Source: an uncultured Gammaproteobacteria bacterium
GTDB taxonomy: Bacteria; Patescibacteriota; Microgenomatia; UBA8517
DNA: 64,000 bases
Assembly (NCBI GenBank): GCA_964583685.1
Contig: CAZOVJ010000001.1
Location: 260,033-324,032, forward strand
Direction: 5' to 3'
Numbering within the stretch: the first letter of the stretch is position 1; the number at the start of each line of letters is the position of its first letter. Under the pieces are notes generated by a model. It ran no database searches, was not told the origin of the DNA, and saw only the letters and a list, made by a program, of their open reading frames with translations. Positions 17,714 to 27,187 of this stretch are shown in pieces. The position numbers and the translations under genes were made by a program.

Positions 17714-17767
17714 ACCAGGGACCTGTCCGATGTGAACGGACCGCTCTAACCACTGAGCTACACGAGC
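17695..17767 (-). tRNA. tRNA-Val(CAC)
   Basis: Reverse complement GCTCGTGTAGCTCAGTGGTTAGAGC-GGTCCG-TTCACAT-CGGAC...CCTGG-TTCAAAT-CCAGG-CACGAGTA. Confidence 0.95.
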
Positions 17768-17873
17768 TTGATGAACAACTTTGGTAGTCTCTTAAGAGGA
17801 ATATTAGCATCCTTAGGGACAAATCCTCAAGTTGACAAGAACAAGTAATTAGCCCTAAAGTAAAATAGTCATT

Positions 17874-18431
17874 ATGTTAAAGCGAATCGGAGCCTTTATT
17901 TTAGATATTCTCCAGATAATCTTTTTTGCCTTAGCCATTTTCCTTTTTGTCTATCTTCTTATTCTACAACCCCACAAGATAAAAGGGGGTTCAATGGAAC
18001 CAAATTTCCGTGACGGCGAATTCCTCCTTACCGATAAAGTTTCTTACCGGTTCAATAAACCTAAACGTGGAGATGTAGTTGTCTTTCAAGCTCCTCCCAA
18101 TAATCAAGATGAGTATATCAAGAGAATAATCGGATTACCAGGAGAAGAGCTAACGATTCAAAGGGGAAAAATCTACATTGATAATAAGCTCATAGAAGAA
18201 AAATATTTGGATCCTGCTTCAGTAACAAAATCGGGAAACTTTAGCGCTGAGGGAAAAGTAATAAAAATACCTGAAAATACGTTTTTTGTAATCGGCGACA
18301 ACAGGGATCACTCATATGACTCAAGAAGTTGGGGAGTTATCGAAAAAAACAAGATTACCGGTCGTGCTTGGTTTGTTTATTGGCCTCCACAAAAAGCAGG
18401 TTTAATTGAGAAAGCAGAATATTCTTTTTAG
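17874..18431 (+). CDS. lepB: Signal peptidase I
   Basis: GGSMEPNF (Ser), YIKRIIGLPG (Lys), GDNRDHSYDSRSWG. Confidence 0.96.
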   Translation: MLKRIGAFILDILQIIFFALAIFLFVYLLILQPHKIKGGSMEPNFRDGEFLLTDKVSYRFNKPKRGDVVVFQAPPNNQDEYIKRIIGLPGEELTIQRGKIYIDNKLIEEKYLDPASVTKSGNFSAEGKVIKIPENTFFVIGDNRDHSYDSRSWGVIEKNKITGRAWFVYWPPQKAGLIEKAEYSF

Positions 18432-19291
18432 TCTGAAATTATCTTTTTTGGTTTCTTCTTGGTTATTGCTCTATAGACCTTTTGAAATCTTTCCTCTGTT
18501 TCTTCTAGTTTTCCTTTAAATGTCAAGGTAATCCTTGTTTCTCTTCTTGAACGGGCAACTTTAACCACGGTTGTAGAATCATCTTCAGACAACCTTAGGA
18601 CTTTCTTCATTTCATCTTGTATTCTATCGAGTTCATTCGAGACAATGCGAACCTGGGCAATATTTGCTTTTCCCTTGGGTATTTGCTTAGACTTTGCCTT
18701 CATTCTGCGAGCTAAATCTTCGGCTCGACGGACAGATCCGGCTTCTCTTAAAATAATCTTGTAAGCCTCAATCATCAGGGATTGATCATCAATTGCCGCC
18801 AGGGCTCTTGCATGCCCTTCTGAAATGAGTCCGGAAAGAAGTCCATCTTTCAAGGCATCGGGGAGAGATAAAAGTCTCATTGAATTTGAAACATAAGCAA
18901 CTGACTTGCCAATTCTGGCCGCTATTTCAGATGTTGTTAAAGCAAACTCATTCATCAATCTTTCAAAACCTTTTGCTCTATCAATTGGACTAAGATCAAC
19001 TCTTTGAACATTTTCAACCAAGGCCATCTCCAACATGCCCTTGGGTGAAGTTTCTCGAATTATCGAAGGAACATGAGTAAACCCGGCTAGTTTGGCGGCT
19101 CGCCAACGCCGTTCCCCAGCAATTATTTGAAATCCTGCTGGAGTTTTGGCAACAATCAAAGGTTCAAGAACACCGTGTTCTTTTATAGAATCTACCAAAT
19201 CCACCAAACTCTCGGGAGTAACAAGCCCCCTTGGCTGTAAAGGATTCGCCTGCAGTTCATCTACATTAATTTGGACTACTTCTTCAACCAT
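18428..19291 (-). CDS. parB: ParB/Spo0J chromosome partitioning protein
   Basis: NPLQPR, IIAGERRWRAA, ALVENVQR, HTH, ISEGHARAL. Confidence 0.95.
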   Translation of the reverse strand: MVEEVVQINVDELQANPLQPRGLVTPESLVDLVDSIKEHGVLEPLIVAKTPAGFQIIAGERRWRAAKLAGFTHVPSIIRETSPKGMLEMALVENVQRVDLSPIDRAKGFERLMNEFALTTSEIAARIGKSVAYVSNSMRLLSLPDALKDGLLSGLISEGHARALAAIDDQSLMIEAYKIILREAGSVRRAEDLARRMKAKSKQIPKGKANIAQVRIVSNELDRIQDEMKKVLRLSEDDSTTVVKVARSRRETRITLTFKGKLEETEERFQKVYRAITKKKPKKIISD

Positions 19292-19294
19292 TTT

Positions 19295-19546
19295 TTACTT
19301 AGCAGCAATAGAAACTTGCTTCCTCCCCAGTCTTTTTTGGAATTTAACAATCCCTTCACGCAAAGCATAAAGTGTTTTATCTCTTCCAACCTGAACTCCT
19401 TTCCCTGCTTTGAATTTTGTTCCTCGCTGTCTAATTAAAATAGCCCCTGGAACAACGAATTGACCATCATTAACCTTGATACCCAAGCGCTTACCTGCCG
19501 GGCTTACATGTTGAGCTGTCTTACCACCTTGTTTCTTCTTTGCCAT
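19295..19546 (-). CDS. rpmA: 50S ribosomal protein bL27
   Basis: [25 protein letters not shown]; follows rplU. Confidence 0.95.
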   Translation of the reverse strand: MAKKKQGGKTAQHVSPAGKRLGIKVNDGQFVVPGAILIRQRGTKFKAGKGVQVGRDKTLYALREGIVKFQKRLGRKQVSIAAK

Positions 19547-19555
19547 GTCTTCAAA

Positions 19556-19584
19556 AGTGTAAAGTAAATTTTCACGGATGTCAA
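19556..19584 (-). promoter_or_regulatory. Sigma70 promoter for rpmA-parB (TTGACA-17-TACACT)
   Basis: Consensus -35, 17-nt spacer, -10 ends 9 nt before the rpmA ATG. Confidence 0.7.
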
Positions 19585-19623
19585 TAGTACAGAAAGAGAC
19601 ATTTTGATGTTGTTTGATGGGGC

Positions 19624-19923
19624 TTAACTAATTTTTTCTATTTGAAGTCTTGTATATTTTGGCCTGAAACCCATTTTTCTTCTATATCTAGATTTTGCTT
19701 TAAATTTCTGGACATAAATTTTTTCTCCTTTTTCTTCTCCGAGAACCTTGAACTCTATCTTTGCTTGCCTAACCTTAGGTTTACCCAGTTTGACTTTCCC
19801 ATCACTAACTACAAGAAGCACTTCTGGTTCTGGTTTTTTGCCCCCAAGACTATCTACTAGAATCTCTTTGCCTTCAATGACCTTATATTGATGTCCTTGA
19901 AGTTTTATAATTGCATATTTCAT
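19624..19923 (-). CDS. rplU: 50S ribosomal protein bL21
   Basis: [31 protein letters not shown]. Confidence 0.95.
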   Translation of the reverse strand: MKYAIIKLQGHQYKVIEGKEILVDSLGGKKPEPEVLLVVSDGKVKLGKPKVRQAKIEFKVLGEEKGEKIYVQKFKAKSRYRRKMGFRPKYTRLQIEKIS

Positions 19924-19991
19924 GGCCTTTGTATTCTAATAGGAAAGAGCAATAAAAACAAGAAACTTTACCCCAAGGGCTGGTGGAGTTC

Positions 19992-21011
19992 TTATTTTAC
20001 TGTGCTGATAACCATTCCCAAGAGAATCATTGTTCCTAACAAAGAAGAACCGCCGGCTGAAACCAAAGGCAAAGGAATCCCGGTTATGGGAAAAAGGGCC
20101 ATATTCATACCAATGTGAACAATCGTCTGGACAAAAAGGATTAAAAAGACACCGCTAACAAATGCCCTGGCGGAAAGACTACGGGTAGAGGAAATTAGAA
20201 GAAGAATCTGGTAAAGAACAAAAAAGAATGCCAATAAAAGCAATATTGCTCCTACAAAACCCATTTCCTCGGCAACAGAAGCAAAAATAAAATCCGTATG
20301 TCTCTCCGGGAGAAAAGCCAACTGTGTCTGTACTCCCTCCCCCAAACCTCTTCCCCAAAGCCTACCAGAACCAACAGAAATCATTGATTGTAAACTATTA
20401 TATCCCCCTCTTAAAGGGTCCTTGCTGGGAGAGAAAAAAGAAATTAGACGAGCTTTCTGATAAGGAACCAGTAATTGCCAAACTACAGGTATGAAAATTA
20501 TTCCAAACAATAATATGGGGAGAAAAATTTTCTTATTAAAACCTAAAGATAGAAGGATACCAACAAAACCCACCAATGTTAGAATTGCTACTCCTAGCGA
20601 AGGCTGAACTAAAATGAGAATAATCGGTAAAGATAGGAATAGAACGGCAAAAGATATTCTCTTAAGGGAGATTTCCTTTTGAGTGAGAAAATTGGCGAAG
20701 AAAATCAGAAGAAAAGGTCTAACTATCTCGGCTGGTTGAATCGTCAAAGGACCCAATGGTATCCAACGAACAGCCCCTCTGGTAATCTGGCCAACCAAAA
20801 GAGGAAGAATAAGAAAAAGAATACTAAGAATATAAAAATGCCAAGAGAATAGAGACAATATCTCGTATTCAATTTGTGAAAAGACAATAAAGCAAGCGAT
20901 GGCTAAAATGAGATAAAGAAAATATAAAGGGAAGATAGTTGGAGCAACCGAATGGAGAATAACGATTCCAAGAAGAAGCAAAAGAGAAATACCAATAACT
21001 AATCTCTTCAT
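19992..21011 (-). CDS. rodA: SEDS peptidoglycan polymerase RodA
   Basis: GAVRWI, IQPAE, QSMISVGSG, FLPERHTDFIF..AEE.G, PITGIPLPLVS.GGSS. Confidence 0.9.
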   Translation of the reverse strand: MKRLVIGISLLLLLGIVILHSVAPTIFPLYFLYLILAIACFIVFSQIEYEILSLFSWHFYILSILFLILPLLVGQITRGAVRWIPLGPLTIQPAEIVRPFLLIFFANFLTQKEISLKRISFAVLFLSLPIILILVQPSLGVAILTLVGFVGILLSLGFNKKIFLPILLFGIIFIPVVWQLLVPYQKARLISFFSPSKDPLRGGYNSLQSMISVGSGRLWGRGLGEGVQTQLAFLPERHTDFIFASVAEEMGFVGAILLLLAFFFVLYQILLLISSTRSLSARAFVSGVFLILFVQTIVHIGMNMALFPITGIPLPLVSAGGSSLLGTMILLGMVISTVK

Positions 21012-23942
21012 TTACTCCACTTCCACTACTTTAAAGCTTCCCTTATTTAATCTGCGGGCTAAAGTCTTAGATAAAATTCTCTGCCTTAGTATTCTGTCCT
21101 TTGGCCACCAGGGATTTTGTAAGTTCACCTTTTGACTAAGTTCCAAGCCTTGAGTCTTTCTTTGTTTCTGAATCTTACGAATTAAGTCTCTTACCTTTGC
21201 CTCTTCTTTTAACCTAGAGGTAATTTGAGTATCAAGCTTAACAGAAAGTTTTTTACCCTTTGACCAATGAATTTGATGAATATTTAATTCCTGTTTGGCT
21301 AACTCGAGAAGCTCTTTATCTAAAACCACGACAGGACTAGATACTTCAATAGATTGAAGTGGTTGTCTTACGGGAATTTTTGCTTCTTTCCTGACAGCAT
21401 GTGCCTTCTCGACCATTTCTCTTAGAAGTTCCATCTTTTTTATTAAATCTTTTTCTGAAGGAGAGATTCTCTTTGAAGATGGCCAGTCAGAGAGATGAAC
21501 TGATTCTTTCTTGGTTAAGTTTTTATAAATTTCCTCAGAAATAAAAGGAATAATGGGAGCAAGAACTTTTGCCAGGCTTAATAACACATTGTAGTTTGTT
21601 TGATAAAAGCACTCTTTATCTTCTAAATTATCTGCCGCTAATCCAATTCTTTCCCTTGAACGTCTGACAAACCAATTAGACAAATCCTCAACAAATTTTT
21701 CAATCAAAAAAGCAGCAGAAAAGGTATCATATTCCTCTAGGGCTTTTGTAACCTTGACAATTAGCTGTTTAAGCCTTGCTAGAATCCATTTATCAAGAAC
21801 GGTAATCTGTGGACGGTAATCTGTGGACGGTGAACGGTGAACAGTGGGTTTCCAGCCATCCAAATTGGCATAAGTGACAAAAAAATTATAGACATTCCAT
21901 AGTTTCAAATAAAATTTCCTTTTTATTTCCTGAGCATTTTTGTAACTAAATAAAAGATTATCAGCAGGATTCTGTCTGGCAAACATCCAGCGCATAATAT
22001 CAACACCAATTTTATCGGCTGCCTCATTAAACTCAATAGCATTTCCCCAACTTTTATGCATTGGCCGGCCATCCTCGCCAAGTGTAGTAGCAAAACCCAA
22101 AACCATTTTAAAAGGAGCTTTATTTTCAAGAACCGTACTCATGGTAATCAAAGAATAAAACCAGTTTTTAAATTGCCCGGGAAAGCTCTCGGTAATAAAA
22201 TCGGCTGGAAACCATTTTTTCCATTGCTCTCTATTCATTAGATAAAAGGGTTCGCCTTTGTTCTCTTTGGATATTGTGGAAAAAGAAACAATACCTGCAT
22301 CCAACCAGGGATTACCAACGTCAGGAATACGCTTTGTTATCTCCCCACACTGACTACATTTTATTTTCAGTTTATCAATCCAGGGCCTATGAGGACTGTA
22401 GCCATTAAATTTACCCCATCCTTCTACCGCTCGCTTTTTAAGCTCTTCTCTACTCCCAACTACTTCAAAGCTGCCACACTTCTCGCATTCCCAAATAGGC
22501 AAAGCCAAACCCCAATATCGTTTTTTGGAAATCAACCAATCATCCATGTTATCTAGCCAATCCAACTCTCTTCGTAAGCCAAATTCTGGTATCCAATTGA
22601 TTTTTTTCACAATTGTTTTCATTTGTTTCCTTAATAGCTTATCCATTGATATATACCACTCATCTACCACTCTCCAGACAAGTTCGGTTTTACAACGCCA
22701 GCAAGCAGGATAGCGATGTCTGTAATCTTCTTCTTTAAGAAGAAAACGACCATTATCTAGCTTTCGCAAATAATCAATAATTATCCCCGGTCTCTCCTTG
22801 GCATTCTTACCGGTAAATTCACCCATATCCTGAAGATATTTTGCTTCCTCATCAATAACGTCAATTACTGGCAGTTTTTCTTTTTTACCTAATCTAAAAT
22901 CTTCAGTTCCAGCGCCCGGGGCTATATGTACAATTCCAACTCCCTCATCCTCACTTATCTCCAGAATCCTCTTATCAGATTCCACCACCCGATGCTCATA
23001 TTTCTCTAAAGCCTTTTTTACCCGGGGAAGGTTGTCAAAAGGAGATAAATAATTCAAACCCAGCAAATCACTTCCCTCCACTTCTTTTACTATCTCTAGC
23101 CCTAATTCTTTAGCCTTTTTCTGATGGAGATAATATTTCCTACTTGTAAGACTGTCTTTTGCCAAAACATAGGCCAGTTTCTTGTTAACGGCTGCGGCAA
23201 CATTTGCCGGAAGAGTCCAGGGAGTTGTTGTCCAAATCAGTAAGTATTCATCCTTTCTATCCTTTAGGGGATAGGCAATGTAAACTGCCTTGTGGACAAC
23301 TTCCTGATAATCTTCTGTTAACATCTCGTGCTGGGAAATAGCTGTTCCACAACGAGGACACCATGGGACCGAATCGCGACCCTTGTAAATCAGGCCTCTT
23401 TCATAGCATTTCCGCAAAAAACGCCAAATCATATAGTTATTAGCATCGGAAAGGGTGTAATAGGAATTTTCCCAATCCATAAAATATCCCAAGCGTTTTG
23501 ATTGCTCTGTTTGAATTTTGGCGAATTTAAAAACTCTCTTTTTACAAAGTTCAACAAATTTAGCCATGCTTTTCTGGGGCTTTCCTGGAACTAAATTTTC
23601 TATATCCTTCTTACTTTTTAATCCCAATTCTTTCTCTACCTCGACCTCCACCCAAAGACCTTGGGAATCAAATCCATTCTGAAAGCGCTGTTTGAAACCT
23701 TGCATATTTTTAAATCTCTGCCATAAATCTTTATAGGCTCTCCCCCAGGCATGATGAACTCCCATGGGATTATTGGCCGTAATTGGGCCATCCAAAAATG
23801 AGAAGTATTTTTTGGAGTCTTTGTTTTTCTGAAGATATTTTTTGACTATCCCCTTTTTATACCAATAATCCAGAATTCGCTTCTCCAGCTTCGGGAAGTC
23901 AATCTCCAAATTTACAGGCTGGAAATAATCTTCTTTAACCAT
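21012..23942 (-). CDS. ileS: Isoleucine--tRNA ligase, type 2-like
   Basis: DGP.TAN, WTTTPWTLPAN, GIVHIAPG, DWLISKKRYWG; HIGH variant GVHH and KMSKS variant PMHKS. Confidence 0.95.
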   Translation of the reverse strand: MVKEDYFQPVNLEIDFPKLEKRILDYWYKKGIVKKYLQKNKDSKKYFSFLDGPITANNPMGVHHAWGRAYKDLWQRFKNMQGFKQRFQNGFDSQGLWVEVEVEKELGLKSKKDIENLVPGKPQKSMAKFVELCKKRVFKFAKIQTEQSKRLGYFMDWENSYYTLSDANNYMIWRFLRKCYERGLIYKGRDSVPWCPRCGTAISQHEMLTEDYQEVVHKAVYIAYPLKDRKDEYLLIWTTTPWTLPANVAAAVNKKLAYVLAKDSLTSRKYYLHQKKAKELGLEIVKEVEGSDLLGLNYLSPFDNLPRVKKALEKYEHRVVESDKRILEISEDEGVGIVHIAPGAGTEDFRLGKKEKLPVIDVIDEEAKYLQDMGEFTGKNAKERPGIIIDYLRKLDNGRFLLKEEDYRHRYPACWRCKTELVWRVVDEWYISMDKLLRKQMKTIVKKINWIPEFGLRRELDWLDNMDDWLISKKRYWGLALPIWECEKCGSFEVVGSREELKKRAVEGWGKFNGYSPHRPWIDKLKIKCSQCGEITKRIPDVGNPWLDAGIVSFSTISKENKGEPFYLMNREQWKKWFPADFITESFPGQFKNWFYSLITMSTVLENKAPFKMVLGFATTLGEDGRPMHKSWGNAIEFNEAADKIGVDIMRWMFARQNPADNLLFSYKNAQEIKRKFYLKLWNVYNFFVTYANLDGWKPTVHRSPSTDYRPQITVLDKWILARLKQLIVKVTKALEEYDTFSAAFLIEKFVEDLSNWFVRRSRERIGLAADNLEDKECFYQTNYNVLLSLAKVLAPIIPFISEEIYKNLTKKESVHLSDWPSSKRISPSEKDLIKKMELLREMVEKAHAVRKEAKIPVRQPLQSIEVSSPVVVLDKELLELAKQELNIHQIHWSKGKKLSVKLDTQITSRLKEEAKVRDLIRKIQKQRKTQGLELSQKVNLQNPWWPKDRILRQRILSKTLARRLNKGSFKVVEVE
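21799..21847. repeat. Degenerate 7-bp tandem repeat (7 units) inside ileS
   Basis: ACGGTAA TCTGTGG ACGGTAA TCTGTGG ACGGTGA ACGGTGA ACAGTGG. Confidence 0.85.
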
Positions 23943-23995
23943 AGAACTTGTTTATTTTACAACAGCCGATATTTACAATCCAGCCACTTAAAAAA

Positions 23996-25153
23996 TTAGG
24001 AAATTTTGCGTAGGAATGCGGGGATATCAAATTTCTTGCCAAACTCGTCTCTTTCCTCTGTCTCAACTGGAGGCTGCTCTTCTTCTGGAAAATCTTCCTT
24101 TTTGTCTTTTTCTTCTTCTTTAGCCGATTCCTCATCACTTACTTCCTTAATGGCTGAAGGTTGATCAGCCTTAGCCATCTGGGCAATTCTAGCCTGAGTT
24201 TCATCAAAACCCGTAGCAACAACAGTGATTCTCAACTGGTCTGAAAAATCTTCTTTTAAAACCGCCCCAAAAATGATGTTCGCATCTGGGTCAGCTGCAC
24301 TTGAAATTATTCGAGCCGCTTCATCTACTTCGAACATTGTCAAATCATCCCCCCCAGCAATGTTAAACAACACCCCCCTGGCTCCTTCAATAGAAAGGTC
24401 AAGCAAAGGAGATGAAATTGCCGCTCTGGCCGCCATTTGCGCCCTGTTCCCACCTACTCCGGTTCCAATTCCCAGAAGGGATGTTCCGGCATCACTCATA
24501 ATTGCCCTTACATCGGCAAAATCAACATTGACTAAACCTGGTACAGTAATAATGTCAGCAATACCGGCAACTGCTTGCCCCAAAACGTTATCTGCCACCT
24601 TAAACGCCTCCAAAAGGGTCATCTTTCTATCAATAACATCCATCAACCTCTGATTAGGAATAACAATCAAAGTATCCACTTCATTTTTCAGATCCTCAAT
24701 TCCCTCCTCGGATATTACCATTCTTCGTGTTCCTTCAAAGGCAAAAGGTTTTGTAACAATGGCCACGGTTAAAGCTCCTGCCTCTTTAGCCAATTTGGCA
24801 ACAATTGGAGAAGCCCCTGTCCCCGTACCGCCACCCATACCAGCGGTAATAAAAACCATATCTGAATCAACTAAAAATTCTTTTATCTTCTCGACGGATT
24901 CTTTCGCCGCCTTCTTGCCAAGTTCTGGGTCGCCTCCTACACCCAATCCTTTTGTTAATTTTTCACCAATTTGCAGTTTTGTTGGCGCCGCATTTGCCAG
25001 AAGAACCTGAGCATCTGTATTGACAACAATAAACTCAACGCCAGCGATTTTTTCACCTTCAACCATCGAAGCAACGGCATTTCCACCACCGCCACCAATA
25101 CCAATGACCCTAATCTTGGCTATTCGGGCAGAATCTGGTTTTACAAGAGCCAT
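23996..25153 (-). CDS. ftsZ: Cell division protein FtsZ
   Basis: [25 protein letters not shown]-terminal DIPAFLRK. Confidence 0.99.
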   Translation of the reverse strand: MALVKPDSARIAKIRVIGIGGGGGNAVASMVEGEKIAGVEFIVVNTDAQVLLANAAPTKLQIGEKLTKGLGVGGDPELGKKAAKESVEKIKEFLVDSDMVFITAGMGGGTGTGASPIVAKLAKEAGALTVAIVTKPFAFEGTRRMVISEEGIEDLKNEVDTLIVIPNQRLMDVIDRKMTLLEAFKVADNVLGQAVAGIADIITVPGLVNVDFADVRAIMSDAGTSLLGIGTGVGGNRAQMAARAAISSPLLDLSIEGARGVLFNIAGGDDLTMFEVDEAARIISSAADPDANIIFGAVLKEDFSDQLRITVVATGFDETQARIAQMAKADQPSAIKEVSDEESAKEEEKDKKEDFPEEEQPPVETEERDEFGKKFDIPAFLRKIS

Positions 25154-25200
25154 ATCTTTTGTATCGTGATTCTACTACGGCTAAGTATTAAAAAACAAGT

Positions 25201-26466
25201 TCAGGGCAGGAGATCTTTTAACAAACCGCTAAATTTGGCAATTATCCCTCCAGTTGGAAACTTAATTTTTTTTACCAACGATGACAAACCTTGTGAGGAA
25301 GAATTATAGGCTCCGTATAAAATCAGGCCAATAGAAGTAGCAAAAGCAGGACTCAAAATATCATCTACTAAACCTCCAACTCCACTGGGTTTTGCTTTTC
25401 TCACCGGAAGAGAAAGAACCCTTCTGGCCGAATCAACCACCCCTACTGTTTCTGCTCCTCCGCCGGTAATAATTGCACCTGAGGGGATCCGATTAGAAAT
25501 ACCCGCTTTTTCCAAGTCCAGTCTAACCATGGTAAAAATCTCATTTAATCGAGGCCTAATAATTCCTTCAACCAAAGTCCTTCTAGAAACTTTCTTTGTT
25601 TCCTCTACCCCAAATTCCGCAATATCAAGTAGATCACGCTTAGCTTTCTTTTTTACCTTTGATTCTTTGGAAATGGCTATCTTAATCTTCTCTGCAGACT
25701 CAAGGGATACCCTCAGTCCTATTGCCAAATCATTGGTAATATTTTTAGCCCCTATGGGAATGGTTCCAGAAAAAACTAGTGCCCCATCAATAAAAGCGAC
25801 GACCGATGTTATACCACCGCCAATATCAACAAGAACACAGCCTAGTTCTTTTTCCGTTTTAGACAAGGTTGAATAACTTGATGCCAATCCAGCAAAAACC
25901 ACTTTTTCAATATCAATTCCAACTTCGTTTATTGTTTTTGTAAGATTTTTTAGGGCGGCAGAAGAGGCAGTAACCAAATGAGTCTCAACCTCTAATCTCA
26001 CCCCTGCCATGCCAATAGGATCTTTAACTCCAGTTTCTCCATCAACAATATATTCTCGCGGCAAAACATGAATTATCTGGCGAGAAGTAGGCAGGGAAAC
26101 CGCCCGGGCCGCCTCTATTACCCGGTCAACATCTTGAGGAGAAACTTCTCCACTGGGGTCGGAAATCGCCACCACTCCGGTTGAATTTTGCGAGGCGATA
26201 TGAGCTCCACCAACCGAGATAAATGCACTATCAAGATTATATCCAGCCATTCTTTCTGCTGCCTCAACAGCCTTGATTGTCGCTTCAACCGCCTCTTCAA
26301 TATTTACAATCTGCCCCTTTCTAATACCTCGAGAAGGGCTTGTAGCCGCCCCCATTATATTAATTGAGTTCTCTAAAGTTGTTGGGTCAGTGCTTACTTG
26401 GGCAATAAGAGAGACGATTTTAAACGAACCAATATCTACTGCAGCGATAATTCTGCTTTGATTCAT
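25201..26466 (-). CDS. ftsA: Cell division protein FtsA
   Basis: DIGSFKI, GIRKGQIVN, DPIGMAGVRLE, DIGGG, ITNDLA, TGGGA. Confidence 0.97.
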   Translation of the reverse strand: MNQSRIIAAVDIGSFKIVSLIAQVSTDPTTLENSINIMGAATSPSRGIRKGQIVNIEEAVEATIKAVEAAERMAGYNLDSAFISVGGAHIASQNSTGVVAISDPSGEVSPQDVDRVIEAARAVSLPTSRQIIHVLPREYIVDGETGVKDPIGMAGVRLEVETHLVTASSAALKNLTKTINEVGIDIEKVVFAGLASSYSTLSKTEKELGCVLVDIGGGITSVVAFIDGALVFSGTIPIGAKNITNDLAIGLRVSLESAEKIKIAISKESKVKKKAKRDLLDIAEFGVEETKKVSRRTLVEGIIRPRLNEIFTMVRLDLEKAGISNRIPSGAIITGGGAETVGVVDSARRVLSLPVRKAKPSGVGGLVDDILSPAFATSIGLILYGAYNSSSQGLSSLVKKIKFPTGGIIAKFSGLLKDLLP

Positions 26467-26485
26467 AATCAGTTAAAATTAATCT

Positions 26486-27187
26486 TCATCTTATTATAGG
26501 GTTTTTAAAACGCAAATCAATCAATCTCGGATAGATTTGCTCTCCCTCAATTTTAAAGTCTTGAGCTTCACTATTCAACCGGGAAAGAATCAATTTCAAG
26601 GAGCCTAGAAGGACATCTATCTCTCCTTCTAGAGGAAATAGTACCTGAACCCCCTGACTCAATTTAATCTCAAAACTTCCGTCTTTTATTAATGCCTGTT
26701 TTGCTCCGTAAAAATTAGACATTCTATTCAAAAGCTCTCCCCCAAATCTCACCCTTTCTGACACCTCTTTTCCAACCTCCAAATTGTTAGATTCCTCCTC
26801 AACTACAAGGATAGGAAGAAGTGTTTTCTCTTCTATACCAATAACTCTACCTTCTTTGTCAATCAAAGCAAATCCAACCAAACTTTCTCTCCTTATGGCA
26901 ACCATGGCTTTTCTCTTAATCAAATAAACATGGAGTTTGTTTGGCAGATTAAATCTTAAAGAAAAATCTATAACCTGAGTTTCATCTCCAAGAATTTTTT
27001 TCAGATCTCTCTTGACCTCATTCAAGCTCTTGTCTTCAACCCTGGCAATTAATTCAGAGAGATAGTCTGAACATGGCCCAAATTGACTGCGACAGGAAAT
27101 TTCTCTTATCTTTATAAACCTGGGAGCCAAGAAAACAAGGGAAAAAATAAAACAAATTATTAAGATAAAAAAAAATATTTTCCTCAC
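26486..27187 (-). CDS. ftsQ: FtsQ/DivIB-like protein
   Basis: Single TM, POTRA-like region, C-terminal IDLRFKNP, located between murG and ftsA. Confidence 0.75.
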   Translation of the reverse strand: MRKIFFFILIICFIFSLVFLAPRFIKIREISCRSQFGPCSDYLSELIARVEDKSLNEVKRDLKKILGDETQVIDFSLRFNLPNKLHVYLIKRKAMVAIRRESLVGFALIDKEGRVIGIEEKTLLPILVVEEESNNLEVGKEVSERVRFGGELLNRMSNFYGAKQALIKDGSFEIKLSQGVQVLFPLEGEIDVLLGSLKLILSRLNSEAQDFKIEGEQIYPRLIDLRFKNPIIR

